From positions 1 through 64,000 of the forward strand of contig NW_021831993.1 of NCBI RefSeq assembly GCF_006345805.1: a stretch of 64,000 bases of DNA, given 5' to 3'. Shown in pieces: positions 1 through 13,073 of the stretch (positions are counted from its first letter, which is position 1; each line of letters opens with the position of its first letter). A program made the translations under genes and the position numbers. The DNA is from Octopus sinensis (taxonomy: Eukaryota). The notes under the pieces were generated by a model. The model was not told the DNA's origin. It did no database searches and saw only the letters and a list, made by a program, of their open reading frames with translations.

Positions 1-286
1 TGTGTGATGGCAGTGAAAATACCATGCTCTCAATTGCATACCAATTTTGCAGGCCTGGTAAATGGATATTATTACTTAATAGTAGTGCACAGCTACACAA
101 AATAGCCTGAGCTTGTGAGGTGTAAATGACCAACCTCATATACAGTAATAAACTTCTCACACGAGTTGTGCACAAGATTTGGTGTACTGGATATAATTGT
201 TTCTGATAATAGAACACAGTTTGTATCCTGCGAGATGTTCATATTAGAACATAAAACTATAGCACCTTATCACTCTAGATCGAATG
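1..286 (+). mobile_element. Gypsy (K02A2.6-like) LTR retrotransposon, integrase-core remnant; left part of an interrupted host element
   Basis: Translates with stops as ...LHTNFAGLVNGYYYLIVVHSYTK*PE...FGVLDIIVSDNRTQF...IAPYHSRSN (rve core). The reading continues at 2788. Confidence 0.8.
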
Positions 287-2787
287 TTTTACATCTTTGA
301 CAAACATTGGATATATAATTTAATGAAGCACAGGTAAAATCAATGTGTTCACACAGCATACTTCATGAGACTCCAAAATGCCCTCTCAGCGATTCATACC
401 AACCTTTTGTTTCAAGTAATACGCTACTCTTTATAAGAGTTTGGCTTGTCCATTCTTCCAGTACCCCCAGAGGTGTCAATGACTCTCACCACAACATCTC
501 TCCCTTTGATATTGACTTACATTGGAAGTCAATATTATTTTTATTTATTTATTTTTTCCTTTCATCACATCTCCCTGTTTGGATTTTCCTCCTAGGGAAG
601 TTTAATATTTCTTTTGTTTAGGCACTACTTCCAACTGTTCTGTTTGTTTCCAATTTCTTGTGCTGCCCAGCCTAGGTTCAATTTCTTGTGGTGTTTGAAC
701 ATCAAAGGTGTCATAGAACACTTCCATAGGTATCTCTTTTCTTTTTTCTGTATATCTATTTTTTGGCTGGTTTAAACGTCTAGGTGTTCCTATTTTTCAC
801 CTCTTATCATATGTCATTTTGCCTATCCTTTTTATTACTACTCAGTCTTGTCTCCCATTTTTATATATTTTGAAAAATACCTTGTCACTGATATTAAAAT
901 ACTTTGTCGTATTTTTAGCATTTTCCCTATTTGATTTTCTTACTGTTAGTATAGCTTGTCAAAAATTGACTTTATTTTTGGTGTAAACATTAGTTCCACA
1001 GGTGACTTGCCCGAAAAAGATTTTGGGTTTGGTGTTATCCGATAAACCCTCGAGAACTGTGTCAATGCTGCATCATCGATGAGCTCATTTCTTGATTTCT
1101 TTAATGCTCTCTACAGTTACACATTTCTAGCCATTTTGTAAAGCTATCTACCATTATTAGATATGATCGGTTTAATGATCCTGTGAAATCTATGTGTAGT
1201 CTGGACCACGGAATATCGGTCTTGAGCCAAGGTTGAAATTTTCTAGTGGGTGATTTTGCTGAAAAAGCACAACCTCTGCAAGATTTTACCACCAGCTTTT
1301 CAATATCTAGGTCCATTTTTGGCCAGTAAACATCATTCTTCATAAGTGGCTTCATCCTAGAAATTTCTGGAAGTCCAGTGTGGAATTCCTTTAACATTCG
1401 TCCTGGTAGTGAAGTAGGCATTACAACCGTCTGTGTATGCATAAGCATATTATTGCGTATTGAATACAGATTCAAAACTATGTTACGTCCAGCCATATGT
1501 ATTTTTTTATTTATTTCTTCTGATGTCACTATTTTTTCATTTTTATGATAAACTCGTCTGTCACTGCCTTAATTTATATTTCCTCCAATGTGACAAGCAA
1601 TTCACGCACAATATTGCACAATATATTTTTTATTTCATTTTCAACTTTTAACGCTGCTATCACTATGTCTTCCAGTGGTTCACCCTATTTTGGTTTCAAC
1701 CTTGACAAATCATCTGCATGTCCAATTTTTTCGGTGGCAAATACTCAAGTTTGAAGTCATAATTCAGTAGGATTGTTCCCCAGGACTGTCTTGACATTTG
1801 TTTTTCCTTTTTCTTATCCATTTCAGGTCAACATGCATGTATCTTAGAGTAATCTTTTTCTTCAATCCTTGAACCACTTCCTGTAGAGTTAATTTTTGGT
1901 CCTGCTCTAATTTTGTTAATATACAGGATTGTATATCAGCATCTTTTCTTACAGTTAACCCTTGAACAAAAATTAGACATTTGAATAAATCCAGGGTTTA
2001 TTCATTTAATTTGAATTTTTCACACTCTTTGTTAACGACCCCAAAATATGTGATGAAATCTTCATCATCTTTTTTAACTAAATTCAAACACTGCCAACGA
2101 GTATTGAACAGGGAACTTCTTTCACTGAACATTCTAGATAACAATTTGCGTCATCGAAACAACTCTCACCTGGTTTCTTCAGCAGAATATAATTACAGTA
2201 TTTTTCGTGTTCGACAGGGGATAACTTTCTTAAAACTAGTCGCACCTTCTTCTCGTCATTCTAATGTTTACCTTCTTCTTTGAAGATTTCTTTGTATCTT
2301 CTGAAACATGCAGAAAAAGTGGTACCTTCTTCTGGGTTCATAAATAAATACTCCAATTGAGTTTGCTCCAATTGACGAGAACGAACCTGAAGTATATTCA
2401 GACTTCTTCAACGTTACTTCCAATAACTGGTGGTATTGTTGTTGTTGCTGTTGTTGCTGCAGTTGTTGATGTTGTAACTTCTCTACGCAAGCCAATAAGT
2501 CTTCCATGTTAATGATTTTTTTCTTTGATTTTATACCAAAAAAAATTTTATCATCCGACGCAAGCTTTGAATATCTCGTCGCCATTTTTATATCCTCGTC
2601 AAACGTTGGATATATAATTTAAAGAAGCAGAGATAAAAATCAATGTGTTCTCATGACATACTTCACAAGACTCCAAAACACCCTCTCCATGACTCCTACT
2701 GACCTTTTTGTCTCCACTAGTACGCTACTCTTTAAAATAATTTGGCTAGTCTATTCTTCCAATCAGCCTGTGGTGTCAATGACTCTC
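287..2787 (-). mobile_element. Internally deleted Gypsy element with two ~190-bp LTRs (~306-496 and ~2605-2787)
   Basis: Direct repeats 301-488 and 2600-2787. Minus-strand PPT AAAGGGAGAGA precedes TGTTGTGG at 496, and PBS-like TGGCGACGAG lies near 2580. Gag start is ORF 2268-2585; integrase Zn-binding/rve start is ORF 1101-1529 (YWPKMDLDIEKLVVKSCRGC...WSRLHIDF). No protease or RT motifs seen. Flanked by AATG at 283-286 and 2788-2791. Confidence 0.8.
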
Positions 2788-3225
2788 AATGAAAGGGCTG
2801 AGTGGTTCATGGACACTTTTAAGAGAGCTTTAAAAAGAGCTAATAAAGAGACCATGGACAAGGTCGCAATCCAACGATTCTTAAATGTATACAGGGTAAC
2901 TCTGAACTAAAATGTGCCAGAAGGAAATTCACAAGCTGAGTTAATGTTTGCCAGAGCGGTGAAGTCGGTATTCAATAAACTGTTAGCAGTGAAGAAAGAA
3001 ATACATGCAGAAATAGAAATCAGATTAAGGAAAGAGTCATAGAAAAGGTTCCAACATCATAACAAGAATTCAAAACCACAAAGGAAAGGAAGACCACTGA
3101 ATTCCTAAAAGTAGACCCCAAGAAGAAAAGATATTGAGTAGATAAAAAAAGGAAGAGGTAGAGTGAATAAAAGAAATTGATTGTTAATAAAGAAATTGAA
3201 AGGCGAGATGTTGTGTAGTACAATG
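2788..3225 (+). mobile_element. Gypsy integrase C-terminus, PPT and truncated 3' LTR start; right part of the host element
   Basis: NERAEWFMDTFKRALKRA...RFLNVYRVTLN, followed by GAAAGGCGAGA|TGTTGTG at ~3198-3216. Confidence 0.75.
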
Positions 3226-3269
3226 CCAGATAAAGCCATTCTATTGATGACTTGGGAAAATAACAATAT

Positions 3270-6110
3270 CTACAGATCTATATTTAAGAGATGAGGAATT
3301 ATGTAAATTATTTACATTTGATGGATATTTGTCCACATTTTGTTTGTTGTTAACATTTTGGCTGATATACTCTCCAGCCTTTATCAGGGAAATTTCAAAC
3401 CTGGGTTCTCATTCCAAAGGTATTTTTTGGTGTTATTATTATTATTATTATTCAGGGCACTGCTTGGAATCGAACTTAGAATCTTCGGGTTAGTACCCCG
3501 CTCTCTTAACCATTATGCCATATGCCCTTGGGAAATTATGGAGTGAATTTTAGGGCCTATAAATCTAATATTCTCCTATCCTTCCTTAATACCGGTTCCC
3601 ATATGCTGCTCATATCTGCACTCGGTCTGCTTAGGAGGTTGTTGTGTCCTAGCATATGTGCTGCTTCTTTTAGTTTTCGTATTTCCAGTGGTGTTCTCTG
3701 TCTATTATTTTAACTTCATCCCACAGGGGGAGGTGGTCTCCATTTTCCCATACATGATCAGCTATACCCGATTTATCAGTATCTCCTCGTGTCACAGCTT
3801 TGTGATGTTCCTCTACCCTTATTTTGAGGGTGCAGCATGTTTCGCCTTTGTATACCCTACCCCAGGTGCATGGGATGGAGTACATGCAGTCTTTGGTCAT
3901 ATTCTCTTCTATTGGTGGTTTTACTCGAAGGAGATATCTGTGAAGTGTTGTATTACTCTTGAATACTGTCCTGATGTCATATGGGCCACACATCTTTTGT
4001 ATCTTTTCGGAGAAGCCTTTCACATAGGGTAGACAAACTGTGGACAGTTTATTGACCTCATCCTCTCTCTTCTTCATAATTGGAGTGGATAGTATACTTT
4101 TGGGGTTAGTTGTTGCTTAATGGATTGTTATTGAGCTTGATCATTTCTTCGTGGTGGGTATCACGATCACTACTTATATTCTTTGCTCAGTGTTTTAGAC
4201 ACTGAGCAATCCCTTTCTTTACACTGTATGGATGGTGGGAATTGAAGTTGAGGTATCGTCCAGTAAAGGTCAGCTTGTGGTATACGGATGTCCTGAATCC
4301 ATACTTGTCCAGGAATGCCAGCTGATTGTCTTTTTCTTTTTCCATTATGAGCTGTATGGATGGCTTTATTGAGTTCAAATGGTCTAACAGCACTTGGACA
4401 TCTTCCTGGTGGGGCCAGAGTATGAAGGTGTCATTAACATATCGCAGCCATAAGGTTGGTTTTAGTGGTGTTGATCCTAAAGCCAAATTCTCAAAGTATT
4501 CCATGTGTATATTGGCTATTATTGGTGATAATGGTAAACCTATAGCTAAACCCTCTTCTTGTTGATATATATCAGTGTCCATACTGAAGTAGGTAGTTTC
4601 TACACAGAAGGTCAACATTTCCATCAATTTTCTTATTGGCATACTAGTGCATTCTTTTAGATGGGTGTCTGTCACTAGTTTTTCTTGTATCACTGATAGT
4701 GCTTCACCAGTTGGGACTTTAGTGAACAGACTTATCACATCTAGACTCACCATCTGGTTGGATTCAATGGGGGTATCCTTGGTCACTTATGTGAAGTGGG
4801 TGGAATTCTTCACGTACGAAACTGACTTTCCTGCTAATGGACTGATTATATCCATAACGAAGTGGCTCAGTGGATAACATGCTGAACCTCTACAGCTCAC
4901 TATAGGTCTTAACGGAATACCATCCTTGTGAATCTTAGGGCGACCGTACATGTGTGGTAGTTTACTGTGGTGTTGAGTCAGTTGTGTGTACTTCATTGGT
5001 GTAAAGTGATCCTTATTCTTGATCAAGATCCATGACAGCTTCCTCTTTGTTTTCAGAGTTGGGTCTTTCTTTACTTTGCTGTAGCTACCATCACTTACAA
5101 GACTTGCCAACTTTTCATAGTAGTCAGACTTGTTCATCACCACTGAAGCATTTCCCTTGTCCACTGGAAGTATTATGATGGAATTGTCACTCTGTGATCT
5201 TTTGATAGTGAACTTTTCTCCTTTAGTGGTGTTTGTTTTTGAAAGTTTTGTTTTTTCCAGTACCTGTCTCACTTTCCACCTTAGTTCACCTCCTTTAGCT
5301 TTTGGTATCTTTATGGCTATCTCTTCATTATGTCCAAGTATGGAATACGCTTGATGGTTGTCACAAAGTTGAAACCTTTGTTAAGTACTGCTTCTTCAGA
5401 GCTTTCTAGATGTCATCTACTTACGGATTTCAGTCTTCATTCTCTGACATTCATAAACTTCTTAATCTGGCATGTCTTCACCATTTCAAATTCTTTCATG
5501 CACGACTTTTCTAGATCTTGTTGGACTCTCTTTCTATCATCGTCTCTGGTCATTTTCCTAAGTAATGAAGATAACCTCTCTTTGATTTCATTATTTAGTC
5601 GATGTTTTTTCCAATGGTTGTAATGGATCCTCTCACGGACAAGGGCGTGTCCAGCCCTTTCCGCTACTCTTCTAGCTTTATATGAATCCACTGGGGTCAT
5701 TATATCCAAGCCAGGTGGTATTAGCTTTGAGTCTCTACATCTACACAGGAAACTTAGATGGTTTGAAAGGCGAGCTAGTTTTTGATGGAGTTTCTCTTAT
5801 ATGTCTCCATTGAAGTCTAATGTCGGCTCCGTACCGATTAAATGATACAGTTCTATATTTAAGAAATACGGAATTATGTACATTATTTATATTTGACAGA
5901 TAATTCAGTGACCTGAATAATGATAATAATAATAATAATAATAACAATAACAACAACAACATAATAATACCTTAGGAATGAGAACCCAGGTTCAAAATTT
6001 CCCCAAGACACCTGATGAAGGCTGGAGGGTATATCAACCGAAATGTTGTGTTAACAACAAACAAGATGAAGACAAATATCCGTCAAATGTAAATAATGTA
6101 TAACAATATC
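3270..6110 (-). mobile_element. Penelope-like element (RT + GIY-YIG endonuclease), frameshifted, with direct and inverted pseudo-LTRs
   Basis: RT in ORFs 4787-5272 and 4187-4786 (LRPIVS, SLDVISLFT, GLAIGLPLSP, WLRYVNDTF). GIY-YIG in ORF 3670-4077 (CMYSIPC...VYKGET...RVEEH). pLTR 3270-3440 recurs in direct orientation at ~5850-5905 and inverted at ~5955-6105. Confidence 0.9.
6007..6052 (+). ncRNA. Minimal type-I hammerhead ribozyme motif in the Penelope pLTR (slightly decayed)
   Basis: GACAC-CTGATGA-AGGCTG..loop..CAACC-GAAA-TGTT-GTGTT. Stem I is GACAC/GTGTT. The inverted copy at 3347-3390 restores stem II as GGCTG/CAGCC. Confidence 0.65.
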
Positions 6111-6394
6111 TGTCGGAGTGACAACCATCGTCAGAAGACAGATACACAAAGTGGCAAAAGACCACGTTACAACAAAGCCTAACACTGCTCACCACCCCTA
6201 TTCCCTTCCCCTCCATCCCAATCTCTATGTTTATCAGATGATGAACATAGAGATTGAGAAGCAAATAAAATGATGGTAAAGTGTATGCAGGCTGAAGTCA
6301 TATGTATGTTTGTGATGTCTACCAAATGCACATGTGAGCTATCTTCTCAGATGCAAAATGCTGTCCCCCATCCCTGGATCTCCCCAGCTCACAC

Positions 6395-6595
6395 CCTTAG
6401 AGGTGACACAATGCTGGCACACTGAAAGGTAGGTCTGGTAAGATTGTTGAGATGCTTGAATGGAGATGTGTAGATTAGTGCAGCATCCAAGAAGTAAGGT
6501 GGAGAGGAAGTTCTGCCAGGTTCTTCACAGGCAAAGAACATGGGTATAAGATTTTCTGGTAGGGAACACTGATGGGGTCGGGGGCATGGGTATAC
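6395..6595 (+). mobile_element. RTE LINE endonuclease remnant
   Basis: SGKIVEMLEWRCVD..IQEVRWRGSSARFFTGKEHGYKIFW, matching the 34337-34651 ORF. Confidence 0.7.
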
Positions 6596-6790
6596 TCATC
6601 ATCATCATCATTGTTTAATGTCCATTTTCCATGCTGGCATGAGTTGGACAGTTTGACTGGGGACTGGCAAGCCACAAGGCCACACACCAGGCTCCAATCT
6701 GATCTGGATGCACTTTCTAACACCAACCGCTCTGAGAGTGTAGTGGATGTCTTTTACGTGCCACTGGCAAAGGAGCCAGTCAGGTGGCAC
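6596..6790 (-). mobile_element. 5'-truncated RTE 3'UTR (GGACGTTAAACGATGATGAT tail). Further copies at ~7290-7498(+), 7985-8040(+), 22392-22735(+), 30540-30885(+), 31440-31635(+), 43833-44160(-), 49015-49200(+), 50200-50306(+), 51830-52125(+)
   Basis: Same sequence as the 3'UTR attached to the RTE ORFs at 36910-37500 and 42400-42840. Confidence 0.8.
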
Positions 6791-6955
6791 AAGGCCTGAA
6801 ATTTTGGGAGAGAGGTTAATCAATTACATCAACCCCAGTGTGTAACTGGTACTTATTTTAACAACCCTGAAAGGATGAAAGGTGAAGCTGACCTCAGTGG
6901 AATTTGAACCCAGAACGTTAACACAGATGAAATGTCACTAAACATTTTGTCCACA
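6790..6955 (-). mobile_element. tRNA-derived SINE with Nin/Deu-like central domain; related copies at ~12280-12480(-), 35640-35857(-), 36001-36235(+)
   Basis: Shared core GTTCAAATTCC..GAGGTCGACTTTGC(C)TTTCATCCTTTCGGGGTCGATAA.TTAAGTACCAGTTAC in four copies. The domain name is from recalled consensus. Confidence 0.75.
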
Positions 6956-8527
6956 TTTCCCAAACAACAACAACAACAACCAAAAGTACCAATCTTATAA
7001 GCCTGATTAATGCCACAACATCACATGGAATACATTGGTGAAAAAAACATCACAACCATTTACCCACAAAAGTAAACCAGGTGAACCTAATTTATAAATA
7101 CTGCTTTGTGTTGGGCCCTCAATTCCTCGATGGGGTTGTAGGGGGAACTATGCTGTTGGGTACTTTTAGACCTGGAGAGGCCAGGAGATGTGGCGATTTG
7201 CTGTACTTGAAAAACATCACGTGAAGCTAAATAAAATCACTGTCTTCACTGCGTACAGGTTTGTGCTTTCAGGGGTGGGTGCCACATGAAACCACACCCA
7301 TGCTGGGGCTGTGTGTCAACACACCTGTGCCAGTGGCACATATTAAAAGCACCCAGCACATTAAGTGGTTGGCATTAGGAAGGACATCCAGCCATAGATT
7401 CCATGCCACAACAGACATTTGGACCCTGGCCAGCTCCACTTCAAACAATCCAACCCATGCCAGCATGGAAAGTGGACGTTAAATGAGGATGATGATGTCA
7501 ATGGCCATCCCTCTGTAGGAATGACCAAAACTGATTTCTTCTAAAAAGAAGGAGAAAGAGAGAGAGAGAGAGAGATAGACAAAAAGAAAGTAAAAGTGAG
7601 AGGGAGAGGAAAAATTGACCCCAATAATCAAAGACAAAATTGATTCCAGCATTGCAATGATTCAGAATGATTGCCACAAAGCATCCTATCTGGTGTTCTA
7701 CTAACTTTGTGACTTGACCACTTCATTAACACAACAGAATTCACTTAAAACAAGTTTATGTCACTAAAACGTTGTCTTCCACACACAACATTTTTCTCAT
7801 GATAATTAAGAAACTATTTTTAAAAACCAAAACACAGGACACTTGAAATATTTAATTAGATTGTTTATAATGAAGATAGCGAACCAGACCAGAGATTGAA
7901 AAACTTCCAGGACACTAACCAAAAATAGAAAAATCTAAAAACATCAATATAATAGAAATACAAAAAATGAAGTTGATTATTATGTGTCCGACCTTGCCAG
8001 CATGGAATGTGGATGTTAAATCATGATGGTGATGATGATGTGCGTGCATGTACACTGGTACTGAACTCACAAACCACTCCCACAAACAAGCAGCCTTGAG
8101 ATAGACTTAGGTGCACTCATCCTATCCTGCTGCAAAAACAACACAGATAATACATGAAGCAGAAGAAAAGCATCACAAGTCAACTGCGCTCCTATCCTAT
8201 ACACCCTCTACAACACCCATATGCACCACCAAGTTAACCACCACAACATCACCTGTTGCACATATACCCAGCTACCACACAGGGCAGACATATACCCAAC
8301 TCCATTTTGAACGCTTACCCATCATCATCATCTTCACCTCAATGAAGAAAGCAAACACACAACATATATATTTATCTTGCATAAGACTTTGGAAGTGGGG
8401 ACCTTGGTACAGAATTTCATAGGTTTTGAGTAGTGGGAAACCACCTTTTAGCTAATATTGTAGTACCTGTTAGGGTTCCAAATATGGTTTACCTAGCAGC
8501 TTTAGGTATAAAACCACCACTATGGAA

Positions 8528-8904
8528 GCACTCCGTCTGTTACGACGACGAGGGTTCCAGTTGATCCGATCAACGGAACAGCCTGCTCGTGAAATTAACG
8601 TGTAAGTGGCTGAGCACTCCACAGACACATTGTGTACCCTTAACGTAGTTCTCGGGGATATTCAGCGTGACACAGAGAGTGACAAGGCTGGCCCTTTGAA
8701 TACAGTACAACAGAAACAGGAAGTAAGAGTGAGAGAAAGTTGTGGTGAAAGAGTACAGCAGGGATCACCACCACCCCCTGCCGAGCCTCGTGGAGCTTTA
8801 GGTGTTTTCGCTCAATAAACACCCACAACGCCCGTCTGGGAATCGAAACCGCGATCCTATGACCGCGAGTCCGCTGCCCTAACCACTGGGCCATTGCGCC
8901 TCCA
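8528..8904 (-). mobile_element. Full-length tRNA-head SINE (~375 bp); second copy at 11741-12102(+)
   Basis: A/B-box-like head TGGAGGCGCAATGGCCCAGTGGTTAGGGCAGCGGACTC...GGTTTCGATTCCC. The two copies align end to end. Confidence 0.85.
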
Positions 8905-9894
8905 CTAAAACCACCACTACCATGTGTGTTGGCAGGGAGAAAATGCATCTTGATTATATTTGAGATACCTGGCAGCCTACTGAAACCAGCCCAGACTAAT
9001 CTAGCATGTTATCAATTCCAATGGTATCACTGGTTAAGGCAGGTGTACAAGTACCACTGGTGAGGGCAAGTGCACATGTACACATTGTCTACCCTACATA
9101 AAATTATGTGAGGGCCATCTGTGGATCCCTTCCTACAATCCAGTAATAATTTTGATGTGATGCAGCATGCCTTTGCTGATCTTGGGAAAGTCTCATCTCA
9201 TTTCTGTCTTGACACTCTCCATCTGATGTACTGCAGCATGTCATTACTTGTATCAACTCACAGTCTGAGGTGTGTGTGTGTGAGTTGGGGGGGGGTCATG
9301 TAGTGTGTCAAGGAAACCATATTTAGCTGTCATGCATCAGCACAGTTGTGCTTTGGCAATTGCTGCCTATTAGAGATGGTCGCACAGCTATAAATATGGT
9401 GTCACCTGACCAGAAAGGGATGTTATTTCTAGTCAGTCAAATAACAGCTAGCAGAAGATTTCGACAAGAATACAGCTATTTTCAGTGAGACTTCAGAAGG
9501 GCACTACCTCTGACGGCATTACTTCGACATGAACAGCTGTGTTATTTCACCGACTTAATGCCATAAACTTTGGGATTACAGAAAGCACACACAGAGAATC
9601 CCATTATTCTCTATGGACCAAACTTGCCTGTTTAAACTTCTTACTGCATTTATTGCAGTATGCTTCCACCTATGTATGTAGTAGTGAGTCCAATAGGCTT
9701 CTTGAATCCTACATAAAACTGTCTACACACATTGCAACCCAATAAATTAAGGTGTTTATTATAATATAGCTTTCTGATGTATTTTCTCAATGCCTCACAG
9801 ATGCAACTCTTTCATTGATTCCCACTTTGTGTATTTAGTTGGTAACACACTAAACTGGTGAAAATTAACTCAAGTTACATTCTTACATAGTTAT

Positions 9895-11200
9895 ATTTGG
9901 ACACAGAAACAACTCCTGCCGCAAATGTTATCGCAGGGTAAGGACAATACATACTCAGAAAGAGCAGAGCAAACGCAAGAAACACAACCAAAGCGATCAA
10001 TACTTTAGCCATACCGGTCGTGACTTACAGTTTCAATATCGTTAACTGGTCAATTACTGAATATGTAATCTTGACAGAAAAATACGAAAACTGTTGACAA
10101 TGCATAGATGCATGCACCACCCTAAGGCAGATATAGAACGACTTTACATGACAAGAAAAGAGGGTCTTTTACAACTGGCAATAACAATGAAGATTGCTAC
10201 AATTGGCCTAGACACCTACCTGAAAAACTCTGGGGACTGGATGTTAAAACTTGTCTCAAAACATGAAAACAAGAAAGCATCATACTTAGTAACAAAACCG
10301 GCAAAGGAATATCTAAGTGAATTCCGAATACAACAAATTTTGGAATTAGACACACACAAAACAAGCACAGAAAAAGCTAAGCGCATGAAAACACATGCTA
10401 AAACTGCTGCCTTAGATATTCTTACGTATAAATGGCAAGAAAAACCTCTCTATGGCAAATACCAAAGAGAGTGAATAATGCAGATGTTGACAAAGCCCTG
10501 ACCCATCAATGGCTAATGGCCTGTGGCTTAAAATCTGAAACAGAAGGGTTTATCATAGCAGCTCAAGATCAATGCCTACCTACAAGGAACTACCTGGCCA
10601 ACATATTAAAGGATGGCAGTAGCCCAACATGTCGTGTATGTCAACAACAAAATGAAACCATTGATTATGTTGTCTCCAAATGCAGTCTTCTCGCGCCTAC
10701 AGAGTATCTCAACAGGCATGATAGAACTGCACAATATATTCACTGGGTAATTTGCAAATATTTGGACCTGCTCCATGATAAAAACTTGTGGCACAAACCA
10801 TCTCCAGAGCTTGAAAATGACCACATCTCACTCCTCTGGAACTTTACTGTTCAAACTAACAGAAAGCTAGATGCAAATAGGCCGGATATTATATTGAAAG
10901 ACTTCAGACAAAGAACATGCCTCCTCATTGATATGACTGTACCAATTGATATAAACGTATCTGTCAAGACCTACCAAAAACTGAGCAAATATAAAGATCT
11001 TGAAATAGAAATCAGCAAAATGTGGAACCTGAAGACTAAAACAATACCTGTTGTCATAGGTGCCCTGGGAATGATAGGAAAAGGGGCTGATTGCTACCTA
11101 ACTCAGATACCAGAAAACCCCAAATGGCAGAAATTCAAAAGATAGCTCATGGGAACTGCCCATACCCTACGTAAAATAGAATCTATGTAACCCTCAAAAC
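9895..11200 (+). mobile_element. Dong/R4-clade non-LTR retrotransposon 3' half (RT thumb, CCHC finger, restriction-like endonuclease)
   Basis: AINTLAIPVVTYSF, then ORF 10432-11145 with CRVCQQQNETIDYVVSKC, RHD, RPDII, LIDMTVP, KLSKY and PVVIGALG motifs. Confidence 0.9.
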
Positions 11201-13073
11201 ATTTTAACCGGCAAAAAGTCAAAATATTTTAAAATGTATATCTTAACAAACACCTTTTCCCGCCATCTTCATGTCAGACTATCCTCTTATAATGAAATTA
11301 CTTTCGAAGCCATCTTTTAATTTACTTATGTTTTCAGGGAGCTGGAGGGGAGGTGGAGGAGCAATGAAGAGAAAAGTGGAGAAAGAAGGAAAGAAAGAAG
11401 AGAGAGAGAAGGAAAACGATAAAGAAAGAAAAGAAACGAAAGAAAGAAAACATGTAAACAGAAACCCATGTGTCAGGTTACGGCCTTTTAACGCCGCACC
11501 CAAGAAATCAAAATGAAAGCAATAAAATTAAGACAGAAAATGAATCTCAGTAAAAAAAAAATGATGATGTAAGGTGTAAATAGATTTCCGTGATCAACAA
11601 ACATTACAGAGTAACCTTTTACTAAAGCGGTTTCAATTAATAGAAAACCTGTTGGGAAATCTTGGATAAATAATCCTACGTTTTCACTAAAAACCACACA
11701 GCATTTATCAATGTATACAGGTATTGTATATGTCTATGTGTGGAGGCACAACGGCCCAGTGGTTAGGGCAGTGGACTCGCGGTCGTAGGATCGCGGTTTT
11801 GATCCCCAGACCCGGTGCTGTGAGTGTTTATTGAGCGAAAACACAAAGCTCCACGAGGCCCCGGCAGTGGGTGGTGGCGAACCCTGCTGTACCCTTTCAC
11901 CGCAACTTTCTCTCAGTCCTTCTTCCTGTTGTACCTGTATTTCAAAGGGCCAGGCTCGACACACTCTGTGTCACGCTGAATCTCCCTGAGAGATCCACGT
12001 GTCTGTGGAGTACTCAGCCACTTGCACGTTAATTTCACGAGCAGACTGTTCCGTTGATCGGATCAACTGGAACCCTCATCGTCGCAACCGACGGAGTGCC
12101 ACGATGTGTGTGTGTGTGTGTATGAAATGAATACTATATCTGTATGTATGTACGGAGATTCAAACCAAATCCAAACGAGTTGCTTCTCACTACAACTCCT
12201 GTTTCAAACCTAGACCAGATTTGCTATATATTTTCATTCTACTGGGGCAGTCATTTTCCACAAAGCTCCATCGTCTCAAATATTCTTTTCTTCTTGAGGC
12301 ACAAGGCCCAAAATTTTTGGGAAGGAGGCCAGTCGATTAGATCAACCCACGGATACTTATTTTATAGACTCCAGAAGGATGAAAAAAGTCGACTTTGGCA
12401 GAATTTGAACTCAGAAAGTAAAGACAGACGAAATAACGCCAAGTATTTCGCTCGGCGTGCTAACGTTTCTGATGTGTTAGTATCCCTGTTAATGAAGCAA
12501 TTGTCCTTCTTGGATGTGCCCTATATGAGGAGATTTGGCTGCCATTTCTAGCTTGACGTACGTTAAAACTTGCAACATAATCTTACGGAACCCGGGTAAA
12601 AAGAAGTCACAGGAAAACTATGGGGGGGGGGTGTCCGAGGAGACTTTTGTCCTGGGTGGGGTGGGGGACAAATTATTTGTGACTTTATTACAGGTCTTCA
12701 TTTCATGACCAAGAAAACATGGCATACCTAGACAGGTGCCCCTCCATCGATTTTGTTTGTTCGTAACTTTCAGAAAAGTTGATGTTCTTGAATGAAATTT
12801 ACTAGAAATAGCTTTAAGAGGCTGTAGGTTCCGATGATGGGGGAAAATATCGAAGGCTTTGCAGACATACGTAATGACACACATCACATATACCTACAGA
12901 ACTTGGAAATACTTACACACACCACACACATTCTGAAAACGGAGAGGAAACAAATCCATGTAGTTATAATGTAAGGAAAAGTATTGAAATCGATTTTGTA
13001 AAGTATTTGTAAAGCAATGGAGAGACGGGATTAAAGAATTAAATTAGGAAGATGTAAAACAAAAAAAACTTAC

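Noticed and set aside
8840-8904. tRNA gene (also 11741-11810, 3455-3530, 48420-48480)
   Set aside because: Only A/B-box-like heads of SINEs or decayed fragments; no complete cloverleaf with acceptor stem.
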